A stretch of 62,329 nucleotides of DNA, counting the filler, from Choristocarpus tenellus KU-1152 (lineage: Eukaryota; Protista; Phaeophyceae): the NCBI GenBank assembly GCA_964200185.2. It is 9 parts of 9 records of this genome, joined end to end, with 100 filler letters (N's around TTAATTAATTAA, not from the genome) between each part and the next. Parts side by side here need not be neighbours in the genome. Positions count along the whole stretch, not along the records: positions 4,740 to 17,046 come from CAXNAD020001882.1; positions 17,147 to 25,748 come from CAXNAD020004543.1; 7 more parts are not named here. The stretch is one strand, 5' to 3'. Position 1 is the stretch's first letter. Each line of letters begins with the position of its first letter. Positions 13,101-25,647 of the stretch are shown here, piece after piece. A program made the position numbers and the translations under genes. The notes under the pieces are model-generated. The model was not told the DNA's origin. It was given only the letters and a program-made list of their open reading frames with translations, and searched no databases.

Positions 13101-16100
13101 TACCACTCACGAATTTATCTAGAACCAAAATATCGGTTTCGGCGTTTCTTTGCTCCATTCCAAGATTGAGATGTAGGTGACATAGAACAAAGAGCAATCT
13201 TTGCACGAATACTGCACCTATTTTTCTGCATTGGGCCGAAGAGGTGCATTCAACTTGCAAACCTCCCTCCCCCTCAGCCTTAGTATTTTTTTTGGTTCTG
13301 GACACTTACTCCCTTTCTTGACTGCTGATTTCTTCTTCGGTGATTCAAGTAGTCTCTCGGTCCTATAATATCCAACAAAAAAGAGTCACCGAGGTCATTT
13401 TGCAACAAATGATGTTCCAAGGGGTCGATAACTTGCCCTGAAGACGACATTCCATCGGTTTTGTTCTCCTCTTTGCCCCCCCCCTCCCCCCCCCAAGCGT
13501 GCGCAAATTTCAATGATCCCAGCATCTCACTCAATTAGAAGAGTGTAGACCCCCGTGGACAATGTGTACATGCACAAAGAGGGCTGGAGCCATTGAACCA
13601 CCCAGCCGCTTCCACAGTTGTGAAACATGTGGTCCTGACCCCTTAGCTTCTGAATCAGTCTTACTGATCGAACTGAGTAGAATTTTCTGCTCAGCCTATT
13701 GTTCCATTCGTACAACACCTTGAGGTGTATCAACTTAGAGGGAAGGTTGTTATTTGATGAAGTACACCTCCCTGATATATATATATATATCATACTCCAG
13801 CTGACGAATGGCACCCATCAATATCACTCAGAATATATTCTCCTCCAAACAGTATCACTCGATCATTCCAAGGTGCCTCCCTCTTCATCCTGAAATACTT
13901 GTTTTGGTGGAGTGAGGGGAAGGTACCCTACATGTCAGCTGAGGACTTTATTAACCAACCCGAAGTCTCCCAAAAGGCCCAAATCATGACCCCTCCAAGA
14001 TAATATTTTCTCAACACCAATGTCCTGGAGAAGGGATAGCGCAGGACACACTAACCTGCGCCAGATATATTCAGCTAATTTTCGAGGATGGGGGCATGGG
14101 AGGGACATTGAAGTCGAGCCTACCTGGATTATTTGTGCTCAGATTCCAAGACGATCGGATGGGTTTAGCTTGCTGCAACTCACAATCGCCTTTTGAGCTT
14201 GTGTCGCTCACAGTTAACAATTTATCTTCTTGTACTGACATTTAATATTGTGCACCCCCTTTGGCGCTGTAAAAAACTGACACTTTTGTTCCATAACAGG
14301 GCTTTTATGAGTTCGAGGTCACGGTGTCCTTCTACGAGATCTACGACGAATGCATAACAGACTTGCTGCAACCTGAGAACCAGGTGCACATAAGGATGTT
14401 AGGGGTTTTGGGGGGTGATTGTCCAAGGTAGGGTACAAGAGAAATAGGCAGAGGCATGTCGGAAGAACAATCAGTACCAGTATGTGCTTGTGACCTTAGA
14501 AGGTCTTCTTTGTCCGAGGTTGAGTCTGTATCTACTCATGGTGTGCTCTTTATTTTTTGCTTCCAACCATCTGGCCCGTTGACGCTTGTTCACCTGACCC
14601 CTTTTATCAGCGCTGTGTACCAAGCAGAGAGCAACCATGATCCTAAGAGATAACTTTGGTTGGGTGAATATAATGCTGCTACAGGATAATAAAAGTAAAC
14701 TCAAGTGAAAGGAAGGGAAGGCAAGATTAGTGTGCGAGAGTCATGGCACATGCAAGGAGTTTGAGTTTTTGAAAAAAGAGCACTACTACTACTATTGTGT
14801 ACACCTGGAGACGTCGGTTGTTTTTTTTCACACTCCTTAGGTTCTACAACAACTTCCCACAGCTACCAAGGTCATCAAAAGATGTTGTGGAGAGACTTGT
14901 TAAGTTTGTCCGATATATGTGAACAAGGAGGAATGAGCGATTGCCTACAAAAGGGGGCAAGGAGACGTCAGTAAGTTTGGCAGCTCAGGGGTGTCGATTT
15001 GTTCATTTGCAGATGTCAGTATCTTTGCAATCAAATCAGGAATTCAAACACTTCTGGAGGACTATCAGGGACTTGGACCCTCGATTTGGATCCTCAGCTC
15101 TCGTCTTGTTTTTTAGCAAGCCAGCAATGGTCATCTTTGAAGATGAACTCACCCCACATTGCACAAGTTTACGCTTTATTCCAATCCTTCAACTCCTCCA
15201 AAAAATATGTGAACCTACTCTTGACGGGGGTGTAAACACAACCAGGGCCTTAAAGTGAAACTCCATCCGCTCAGGGGCTTTGAGGTGGAAGGACTGTCCA
15301 GGATGTCGATCAAGTCTCCCGGCGATGGTGTGAAGACAGTTTCCATTGGAAAAAGAAACAGAAAAACACAGGTGTAGATGAGGTTGGTGCTGACCTAGTA
15401 CATCTCCCATGAGAATCGATTTCTATTCCCATACGTCCAATCAAAGTGACCATCATCGACCTGCCAATTTGTCTATCCTTGTGTACACATAGCACCTGTC
15501 AGATTCGAAGGTCTATTTGCCTGACAAGATTTTCTTTGATTCCTCTATATCTACTGCTACCCAGTGACCGAGCTATAATATAGAGGTGTCTCATCTTCAT
15601 TGTCGGCAGCCCTTTCCAGCAAAAAACGACATACAATGCAGTCCGTACACCAAGGAATATCTACAGTAGTACTTCAAAGATCCTCTCGTTTGGCCCTAAC
15701 ATTATGTAACAATATACTGGAAGATTACACCCAAGAGAAAAAAAAATATCTCGTCCTCTGCAGCAACATTTCACAGAAGTTTTATACTCTATAGACTAAA
15801 GTTAAAAAAATATCCAGTGAGTAGATGCCTGAAATTCAACCAAGTGGTAGAATGTCGGATGTCGGTCTGTCCTACTGATGACCTTTCTGCTTTTACCACA
15901 TCCCTCTTCTCCCTCTCTTTCTATGTATCTATGTATCTATTTAAAGCAGTTGCTGATTATCTTCTCATCTGCTCACATCTTGCTCTTACCTAACCGAGCA
16001 ACATTGTTCTCACACAAAGTAGTGAAACACAACCATTCCTATGGAGTGGGTGTGTTCACTTATTTGACTCCATCTTGATCTTGACATCTGTATCATGTGA

Positions 16101-16694
16101 TACCTTCATCTCCTTTGCTGTGTGCACCTATCATTGAACATGAGGAAAATTCGTGCGACACTACTACGGAAATACCACTTTGTACTTCAAAAACAAGGAT
16201 ACATTGCAGGAACCTTCCACAGCATGGCGACCTTATGTTACCAGGCATCCAAATCAAGTGCCAATGCATAGTGGTAGAGGAAACCTATTGATTACTGTCG
16301 TATTATTATACACATCGAAACAAAGAGCTGTGCAGAGCTACTGTCCAATTGTCTAATATTCAGGGCACCCCAACCACACCTTGGAAGTACCACACTCTAA
16401 GACTTTCTCCCTTTTCCCTACTCTATCTTCCCTGTGTCTATTGCTCATTGTTAATTTCCGGCAAATGTCCAAGATCAGGTAATGCCGAGTGGCCCGGCCC
16501 AAGAGTCAGCATCATCGGTGTTGATTGTGCATCTGACACAAAGAGAGGGTGAATCCCCCAAACACTACACACATCTTCATTCTGAACTTGTGTTGGTGGA
16601 GGCACCATCAACTCACAGGCTAATCTCCTCACCTGATGACCTGAGATTGAAACAGGGACCAACCCTGAACCGTTCTCTGCTGGCCTTCAAGGAC
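10151..16694 (+). CDS. Divergent kinesin motor-domain protein (probable pseudo-kinesin), 3' part missing
   Basis: Six phase-compatible GT-AG exons: 10151-10336, 10571-10661, 10958-11085, 14300-14383, 15246-15371, 16479-16694 (277 codons, no stops). Kinesin-order motifs: FEVTVSFYEIYDECITDLL, LKVKLHPLRGFEVEGLS…GKRNRKT, SELVLVE…, LRLKQGPTLNRSLLAF. Possible further exon starting at 16882 (AMPRKSTPALEHAHFK). Start codon not resolved (~10036-10111). Confidence 0.85.
11780..13450 (-). mobile_element. Heavily decayed Sola/DUF7869-like DDE transposase remnant inside a kinesin intron
   Basis: Broken frames give, in order, SRSQKIWKKVTP, QNNLFSLKLSLK…QLNF, LHHFDHHG, TRNTVLSSLL and AGHSTKCTNE, resembling the remembered family pattern S.F..IWK..P / Q.NY / LHHF..HG / NKN..V..L / F..GH(S/T)…D. 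Interrupted by a MITE A copy. Recognised by eye only. Confidence 0.4.
12119..12377 (+). mobile_element. MITE family A copy
   Basis: GAGTGAAAGTATCTTAGAGG…CCTTTAAGATACTTTGACTC; ATCCATCT on both flanks. Confidence 0.88.
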
Positions 16695-16976
16695 GTGAGC
16701 TTGGACTTTGGGTTAGGGCTTAGAGTTGGTGATGGTAATGGTAGTATTATTAGAAACAGAAATAGCCATAGCAATAGCAATAGCAATAGCAATAGCAATA
16801 GGAATGTTAGTAGGGGTAGGAATAAGAATAGGAATGCTGAAAGTAGTAGCAAGAGAAGTGAATGATCCCAGCATACCCTAGGCAATGCCTCGGAAATCAA
16901 CGCCTGCGCTGGAACATGCGCATTTCAAAGGCAGAGTTCCACTAGAGTCCACGTTCCTGCAGCGTGTAATATATTT

Positions 16977-17167
16977 GGCTCAAAGTATATGGGAGGGGGT
17001 GGCGGCTGTCCATTTGGGGTCAATTTTTTCATGTCGCGATTTTTGGNNNNNNNNNNNNNNNNNNNNNNNNNNNNNNNNNNNNNNNNNNNNTTAATTAATT
17101 AANNNNNNNNNNNNNNNNNNNNNNNNNNNNNNNNNNNNNNNNNNNNCCCCCCCAGACACTTTGAGCC
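16977..17167 (+). mobile_element. MITE family B ends on both sides of an assembly gap
   Basis: GGCTCAAAGTATATGGGAGGGGG…[gap]…CCCCCCCAGACACTTTGAGCC; flanks ATTT/TGAC do not match. Confidence 0.7.
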
Positions 17168-17479
17168 TGACATCGTCGTCAAGATAGTACTTTTGGTGTA
17201 CAGCATTATAATGCATGTTTTCCCCATTGACTCAACGTTACAGACAGGTTTTTCTGTTCGTGGAAATATTTTTGGCCCCTTGCCCCTCCAATCTTCTCAT
17301 GTCTATCTGGAAGGGGTAAACGAGGGCCTGGAGTTTTTGGGTTTGAACAGGAACAGGAGGATCCAAAGTATCTGGGGGTCTGGGGGCGGGGGGCGAGGGG
17401 GGGGGTCATTTGAACAGGAATGGGAGAGATGGGGGTAGAAACAAACTTCAAAAAAAGAAGCTCAGAGGTAGTCCCTCAC

Positions 17480-20400
17480 CTTGACATTGATGGTCTGTGC
17501 ATCCAGCAGGTAGGCAACCATCTTTTCTCCCTCGGCAGCATCCTGACAAACCACAGCGATAGGTTAAATAAGGGAGGGGGTGGGGGGGAGTTGACGCAAC
17601 TGCTTAATAGAATCGTTTGAGAAGGGGTGGCAATATGAACATCAAGATAACACACTTTGCCGTTTCTTGTGTGCTCTCTTCTTGAACTGGCTTTTGTGAT
17701 ACTGTTCGCAGAGTAATTGTTCATCTTTGGGGAATGAGTGAAAGTATCTTGAAGGGTACAATTTTTTCCCCGTTTTGTCCATTTGGGGCTTGGCTTCCCA
17801 CAGTCTCTTTTTTAATTTTCCTACTCCGATATGTTTCGGAGTAGGTAAAATGTGTGCGTTATGAAAAGGTGCGTCTGGAACAAGGATATTGACACTTCCT
17901 AACAAACACGACAGCCAAAATCACATCAAAATCGCAACATTGGATTTTGACCCCCAAATGGACGCGGCTCTACCCTCCAAGACGATTTGACTCAAATATA
18001 GCTGTTCAAGTATTTCTCAGGTTATTCAGACTGATCTCAACGGCACAGAAGGAACCTCCATTTCTATCGGGTAAAAAAAAAGAAAAAGAGTCGCTTCTCG
18101 CTGCCACCCTCAAAAGGTTGGGCTGGATTAATGGATTGCGGGGTCTCAAATGTTTTTCAAGACTCAAGTATAGTGTACAGATATGGTAAGCCGGTAATGG
18201 ACAGTGACAATTTAACTTATCTAACCCTCTTTTGCAGTGAATCGCGCTCATTTAAAAAAAAATCGATGACGTGGACAACAACGATGACGATAGTACTTGT
18301 AATAATAATAAAAATTAAGTTTTGTAGCATCACTGTGTAATTACGTCTCAATTTCATCAATCAACACACACACACTCATATATACTATAGATCATTTTAT
18401 TATTATACCAGTGTGCTGTAGTTTGACCCGTACTACTATTGCCTTGCATATCAACCAGTTGGTCATCGAATTGCAATACGTGCTACAACAGGTTGAAGTC
18501 GCCTTGTTGTTATTACAAGTTGTTCCGAATGTTGAACAGCTCTTACATCTCACTAGTCCTAGAGATAGAGATGTATTGTCTTTCTTGACCCTCCCACGAA
18601 ATGACGCAGAGTATGCTGGAGGAACTTACCCTTCCTCACCTAAATATAGATTTATTCTACTGCATGATTACTGGGAGCCCAAAAACGTATTATGGAACGT
18701 TCCCCCCAAGTGCACGGGGGGTTCTACTGAAAGAGGTTAAGAGTGACCCTTTGCATAGTAATCCTCTACTCCCTTCCATTGCCTGATTTGAAGATCATTG
18801 GACAAGCAGTTCATCTGTATGACATTGTCTGCAAGAGAGAGGACCTGACTCCATTAATCACAAAGGTCACAAGATGCTTACCCTCAGCCTCCACTTCAGC
18901 TAGATATATCTGTCTCGATTCAGAGGACTTGAAACACAATCAATGCGGAATATTAGATGTTCTTGTTCACTTCTGCAATTCTATGCTGTAACTGTTCCTG
19001 TCCTAGCAAGCACCTGCATGAAGCTCTATTATATCTGATGTCTGCAACATTCCTGTCTGAGGAACAAGAATGTTGAATGATCATCACCGACTCTTGAGGA
19101 GGTGGGAGACATGATACTAATAATGAAAAAAATACGATTTTATCGATCGAGAGATTAGCCTGTGTGACATGTTGAGGCAAAGGATAAAGATACACTTGTT
19201 TCCAGCAACACACACCCTTACTCCCTCTGTCTTACTGACATATCGCTATACCGATAACGTTTGAGAGTAAAAGAGTTAGGGTTAGGGGGATTGTTTTGGG
19301 AGAGGCAAAGTCTTTCATGCGGCAGAGTGATGCAGATCATCAACACTGCACCCTTTAAAAAGTGTGAAAAGGGCTGTTAGTATCAACACTATTTCCAAGT
19401 GCCGGTGGGCAGAAAGATGTAAACCTGTCGAAAAAGAAAAGGAAACCCTACCCCCACACCTGTGTCCGTGCCTCACGCTCTACGTGTGCATGTTGGGGGG
19501 AGGGGTGAAATATCCGTGTGTGTTGAAGCGGTGTGAATCGAAGGAAGCAGAGGGTGAATGGCGACAACAGCACTCTAGGGTTAGGATTAAGAGCTAAGCA
19601 AGTCAAAGGCAAAAGAAAGGTAGCTGGAGGGGATTGAGGGCACATGGAGGGGAAGGAGGGCAGGAGGATAGAAGGAGGAGGTGATGAGGGAGCGCAGATA
19701 TTGATGTGGTAATCGTTTACTTCAAATTTGACAACAAAGTACGCCTACGCCGTTGTTGGGAAGGTACATGCATAGACACGCCAATGTTTACTGGGTATCT
19801 AAGAGAGGCACCACTGGGTAAGAAGCAAGTTTTTGTTAGATGGATTTTGAAGGAGAAATTACCTTGGGAATACCACTATCCATATCTCCTGGATTACTCG
19901 GTCTTGGGGGCTTCTCACTGAGTCGGACTGATAGGAGGTGCGCACTGATGTGGTCTGTCCTCACAGCACCCAGTATCTAGGGGAGAGGTTCAAGCGTGCC
20001 AATGGTCCAACGGAAGATGATTTATGCATGTATATGCATAGGTAATAGATTGGGGGGGAAGATATACATGGACAAATTAGACGGGTGGATGGGTGGTTGG
20101 TTCGGTGAGTGGAATGATGGGTTGATGGATTGAAGAAATTCCCATGCATGGAATGTCTCCAAGAGTGCAGGCACAAGGAAAAATCTTCACAAAAAAAACA
20201 GGATCCGCTTTGACTCTTTCCAGACACAACTAGTCACCTTACCAAATGAAGTGGAACAAGGGAAGGAAAGTTCCTCGCTAGCCTTAGCACGCCATCGGAG
20301 TCATTGTGGAAAAAGGAAACACGGATAACACCTGAAAGCTATCATTACCAGGGAAACCATCTAGATTTTGGCACACCTCCTACTTCAAAGGTTAGATGAT

Positions 20401-22236
20401 GCAGGATCCCCACCAACTGCAATTCTCCGTTCATTTGTAATAATATGGCGGAGATAGTATGCATGACGAGGCTCCGCTATTTAACTTTTGGGTATGAGTT
20501 CAAACAGAGTATGCACAAGGTGGTGTGGCAGTTGTACATATCTAATCCAATCCTCCATACAGGGAGGCAGCGGGCAGCATCCACTACCAGCAATAAATAA
20601 TCTCTATGTACATGGCTGCACACTACCTACCCCATCCATGTCCACGACTTGGTTGAAGTGTTGTCTAAAGGCGGAAGAGATGCTGGGGATGTTGTTGGCA
20701 ACATTACCCCCTTCACTAATAAGAATGTAGACGGGATAGTGCAACCAGCAAATCCCCAACACCTCAACTTTGGAATTCAAAGCAAAAGCAGACTGTGGGT
20801 AAAGCTGCATGCAGTTGGTGTTGGTCACCGTGATTGCACAGAAGGCACCAGGTAACCATAACTACCAGGGTAACAAATCACAATTTGTTGTATACTATTT
20901 GTACCTACGTTCACATCCACAACCCCTTTGAAATGTTATCCAAAAATGGGGTGCTGAAGCTTCAGAAGCCGCAATACACCCATTGACTCTGTATACTGCA
21001 GGTGAGACAATGTGGTCAGAGAGACTCCAACAGCTCATCTCTGGGAAATCTCCAAGCAGAATTTGGAGTAAGCAGTGTGGCAAAGGCACAACTCGACACT
21101 TGTACACATGGGTACAAGGCAACCATTGACTACCAGGAAAATCCTCGAAACTTAGCTGCTGACTATCATGTTGATAACCATGAAAACACAGTGTGGTTGA
21201 CGTTATCACCAGTCACGTCACCCATCCAGGTATCACAACACAGATGGGATAGTGAGACTGGCGAGACTTCACCAGCTCACCTCCATCAACTTTTTCAACC
21301 AGACTTGCGGACCCACCACTGCGACACCTGTTCATCTCAACACCTTCAACACCTTCTCATGCATGCACCAGGTGCCTACCTACCACTGCAACTTGAATGA
21401 GAATTCCTTCCCTCATTGACTGCTCTCCCCAACCCACACCCACGCACCAGCTATTCCCCCCTTCATACCATATACAGTACCACACAGCAGCACCTCACAG
21501 CAAAAGACCCTAGTACACTTCTTGTACCTCTCACCTCATTTCGGCCATATTCCACAACGCTAAGTTCACTGGCGTAGTAAATTAGAGCAGCAGAGGGGCT
21601 ATCAAATATATACTTTTCCTCTCCACCGCCTGAGGCAGCCCCTACACCTCTGTCACCCGCTCCCCGATTCTGCCACTGAATCTCGGAGAGCTTCAGTGTC
21701 TCCAGGTCACCAAGGAGTAGAGTCTCTGTTGTATTGGCCACTACATACCTGGACCCCCACAAGCATGAAGGAGGCGTAAGGCATGCGGTTGACCTTTGTT
21801 CAAGCAGTCATTCCATTTATCTTCTGGTGAGGTCATTCCAGCAACAAAAATGCAATACCTCTACATGTAGCCCTCCCCTTGTGCACGCAAGTTGGTTGGG
21901 TAAGAGCGATAATACTGTAGTAGAGGGTATATTTATGACTTATTGAGTAAAATGTTTCTTCATTTTTCTGCCTGACACTCCATCTCCTATGCCTGAAATG
22001 CAGCTAAACCCTTGCAGGAGGCGAGGCTGTGACTGTAGAAGATGAGACAAACGCCCATCCACATAATCCCAAAATTGTTGTTTAGGGTGCTAGAAGCACA
22101 TATATCAGAGGGCAGTCACAGGGGTCTTGGATACTCCACAACACCCTCCTCCAAGGTAAGATACCTCCAACCTTGCACTGAGGATTTTGCCTACTAAAAC
22201 TTGATCTTTTGATTTGAATGCCAGGAGTGCAAACTG

Positions 22237-22273
<37 letters not shown>

Positions 22274-25161
22274 CAAGCTACGACTAAAAAAGAAGCAAAC
22301 AAAATGCAGCCACTAGTTTACAGCTGCAGGGCAGAGCAACTCCCTTGCCTGTCCTGGTAAATGTTGACCCTGGAGATCTCACAGCCAAATCCGCTCTTGA
22401 GTACGATGCGGGCACCGCTGGAGAGTCGCTTCACGATGACCTGACTGAGGCTCACAAATGTGAACTCAAACCTTCCCTTGTACCTAGTCCGCCTCACGCA
22501 GGCATCATAAACGTCCACTACCCCACACAGTGCTCCAACTGCTAGTCTCGACCCATCAGCCCTCCACGCCAGTGCAGTGACAGTGTACATGTTCTCCACT
22601 CGCCGCTCACACGCCTCCTCCCAGGACCCTGAGGCTCGGTCATGGGTGTAGATGCGGAAGCTGTCGTAGTTTCCCAGAGCCACAGAGTCACCGGTGGGAT
22701 TGAAGGTTGCCGTGGTGAACTCCCGACAGGAGGTGTTCGTGGTGTAGTCGAATGTTCTTTCCATACCGCCGTCCATGTCATAGAACACAACCTTTTTTTG
22801 TGGTGGCGTTCGTTACTTCAATTACATTATATGCTTTACATGTGGTTGTGAAAAGGAACATGAAATTGTGTATGAGAAGAGTGTGTGTGGGCGTGTATGT
22901 GGGGGGCAAGGGGGGGCAAAGGATTGTAAATGTCATGTCTTGTCCTGTGTGCAGAGCCGCAGGAACCTCACCCAAGAACTTGAACCGCCAAGGCAAAACA
23001 TCCGGCTCTTGGGCAATCGAGTGTCACAACCTAAGTCCCCCCACACATCTCAGGTTCCCATTCCGGTCTCACCCTAATCCAGTTCAATCTTGCTGCAACA
23101 CCTCTCTCTCTCACACACACACAAGTGCTATCCTATATGCACACCTATTGGTTCGCTGATGCTTCAGCAACAGTTTGCTGAATGTTTTAGTGTTAATACG
23201 TCTATCTTTGTTTTTATTTTTATGCGGCAAGTTCATGTAGCTGTCAATGCTTGCCTGGCTATCGTTCCCAGCTGCAACGATGCTCTGTCCCCAGCTCAAG
23301 GCATATGGTACACACGAGTGAACAACCAGTTTGGTATGTGAGGGTCCTCCTGCCAGTGCCAGAAGACATTCCGGTTGCGAGTGATCATGGGAAAAGGGAA
23401 TAGTAACGTGAGACAACTCACATTCACAAAAGGGTAGTGAGAGTCATGACCTATAAAAAAACTACGAGACCTATTGAGGTAGGGTGGCTATTAGAAGATA
23501 ACCTGGCAAGTTAATCCAACATTTGAATGTGTGCTATTGGTTCAACCTGGCATACATAAATTCAATTCGTGTTGATAATCGTCTTTGTAATAGTCTTCTC
23601 TCCCTCGTTTTTATTGTGACTCTTTAGATTGGAGGTAAAGGAAATGGAGGAGATCCGGTGTGGCTATCCATTTTGAGTGTTCCAAAGTGAACCAAGAAGA
23701 AAATAATAGATATGAGGCCAGCCAGATGTTGCACTCCCTCGACTTTCCCTCCATCTTCCCCCCTACTCAGGTCCCCAACTCCCACCCTGCCTAATGCTCC
23801 ACTCCACTCGCACCGTTGTCATCAAAGAGGAACCGGTATATGGTGCCATCTGCATGGGAAGAAGCAATGCCATTGCCATCAGGGCTGGCAGCAATCGCAG
23901 CACAGTAGCTTCCTGAGCTGTAGAGGGACGCTGGCTTATTCGATTTGAGTTGGCCAATCTTCACCTTTCCTTCCGCCAACCCAAACACAACCTCCCCCAC
24001 TCGGGTGGAAGGCCACGCCATGCAAGTTACTGGGGAGGGCTGCGGAAATTTATTGCAGATGCTTTTCTTCTGGAAGTGGCAGGAAGGGAGGGGGGGATTG
24101 GAGGGTTTTCATTTTCAATTTTAGTACTGGAGCTTGTGCCAGTGTCATGGGTGAGGACGATCAGGTTTGGATCTATGCGAAATTTCACATCTGAATCACT
24201 CTTGTGACGTGTGAAGCGATATGTGAGGTACAGAAGCCATCTAGTAGATTCAAACTGTTCCACCTCTTTGCGCTGCAAAAAGTATTACTCAGATATAGAT
24301 ATGGAGGTATCTTTGACTACTCTAGCAGGGCCTTTCCTGCTATTGGTAAGGGATGCATCGTCACCTTTCTCCATCATACTTGCCTCGCCCCAGTCTAATC
24401 CAAGCTTGTAAACGAAGACAATATTGTCGCTCTGAGCGATGGCTAGCTTGGTACTGTCGGGGCTGAAGTGCATGGCCCTCACGATGTAGTTCTTTGCTCC
24501 CTTTTCCGCGGGTTTTGTTGAAAACTTGTCCTGTTTTTCACCATTCTCATCAAATAGGGAGACTACCTTGTCCACCTACTTTTTATTGGGGGGGGGGGCG
24601 TAGAAAGGTTGTACCTATACGTGCATGCCGGTCTATAGATTGATGATCGGGGAGATGTTTTTGTGGATACACTAGTCAAAGTCTCATTGAATTGATGACT
24701 GCGTGCCACTCTCTCCTGGTTCATAATGCTCATTTCAGTGACAACGACAAACCGTGTGTGTTATTTTAACAAGGATACCGCAGCACAATTAGAAATTGCC
24801 TACTTCGAAGTAGGGAAAGGAGCTATATCTAACTGTGTGGACTCAAGCGTAAGCCGTGCAGAGAAGAGTGGGATGTGATTTCCCCCGTCCCTCATGGCAC
24901 GTTGCGTGTTTTGTACTCTGATCTTCAAAAGCTTGATATCGGTGCCTACATTGGGAGCCATGGCTTCTACAAGGAGCATGACACCTGAGGGTAAAATACG
25001 CCCTCCTCAGACGCTTTGACGCACCGACTGTTCTTTCTCACCGTACACACGGCAAGCTTCTTGTTGTTGGGAGCCCACGCTACTGCCATTACCCTCGCCG
25101 GGCAGATACCATTCTCGCCCCCTGGGGGTTGAACAACCGTGTTTAGATATCGGAGCTGCAT
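17480..25161 (-). CDS. IFT172: Intraflagellar transport protein 172, exons 1-8 (N-terminal WD40 region, 499 codons; remainder absent)
   Basis: Exons 25161-25042, 24575-24384, 24069-23814, 23349-23255, 22791-22349, 21748-21535, 19976-19863 and 17542-17480 join in frame: MQLRYLNT…[13 protein letters not shown]|[22 protein letters not shown]…[20 protein letters not shown]|KKSICNKF…[10 protein letters not shown]…|…PYALSWG…AAGNDSQ|VVFYD…[18 protein letters not shown]…[18 protein letters not shown]…YQDR|[15 protein letters not shown]…EYGRNE|[19 protein letters not shown]…|…[13 protein letters not shown]. These are hallmark IFT172 motifs. Confidence 0.96.
17736..17993 (+). mobile_element. MITE family A copy (IFT172 intron)
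   Basis: GAGTGAAAGTATCTT…GATTTGACTC; flanks GAAT/AAAT. Confidence 0.85.
18700..19450 (-). mobile_element. Decayed non-LTR (LINE) reverse transcriptase remnant in an IFT172 intron
   Basis: Broken frames [15 protein letters not shown] (resembles the RT domain 0/1 motif LFKxGDxxDxxNY), YLY…VTQANLSID and GVRSSL/ADNV (FADD-like) in the expected order. Confidence 0.4.
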
Positions 25162-25647
25162 GTTCCTAACCTCGAACACCAGGCGTGGATGCCAGGGTAT
25201 AAGAGGTTGCCAATATTCGTCCCCACCTACGAACTGACAAAATATGTGATCCAGATCTTGTGTTTGTGCCAGTTACGATTCGCGCGATCAAAGAATGATG
25301 GATGACGAAATCATGTATGTCGCGCCAAGGTTAAAATAATATACTTCGTTTTATACCATTCCATAAAAAAGTGCGATGAAACCAACCCAACTCAACGAGA
25401 AAAACTTCACAAAATATCGACTAACAAAGCATGGGTTGCTTGCTCCATGAACCAACCTCGTAACCTAACGAGGAGAGTGCACCTCCTCCTGAAGAAGGGC
25501 ACAGAACCAAGTCAATGCCAAAAAAAAGGAACAACGCTATTGGGTCCAGTAGGATGGGACAGGATGTGGAGTAGGCCATGGCAACTCCTCAAGAAATAGT
25601 AGTAAACAGTAGATAATTAATTGTTAAAAATTGTAGTGTTCACAATT

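Noticed and set aside
14941-15500. hAT-like transposase reading of plus-strand ORFs
   Set aside because: The informative part is kinesin exon 15246-15371 in another frame; the rest has no convincing motif.
20300-21400. Second LINE-like remnant in an IFT172 intron
   Set aside because: Only faint motif resemblance (Y.YL, EGG); too degraded to call.
21990-22170. Diverged repeat shared with ~60196-60380
   Set aside because: Real but ordinary old dispersed repeat with no diagnostic termini or coding signal.
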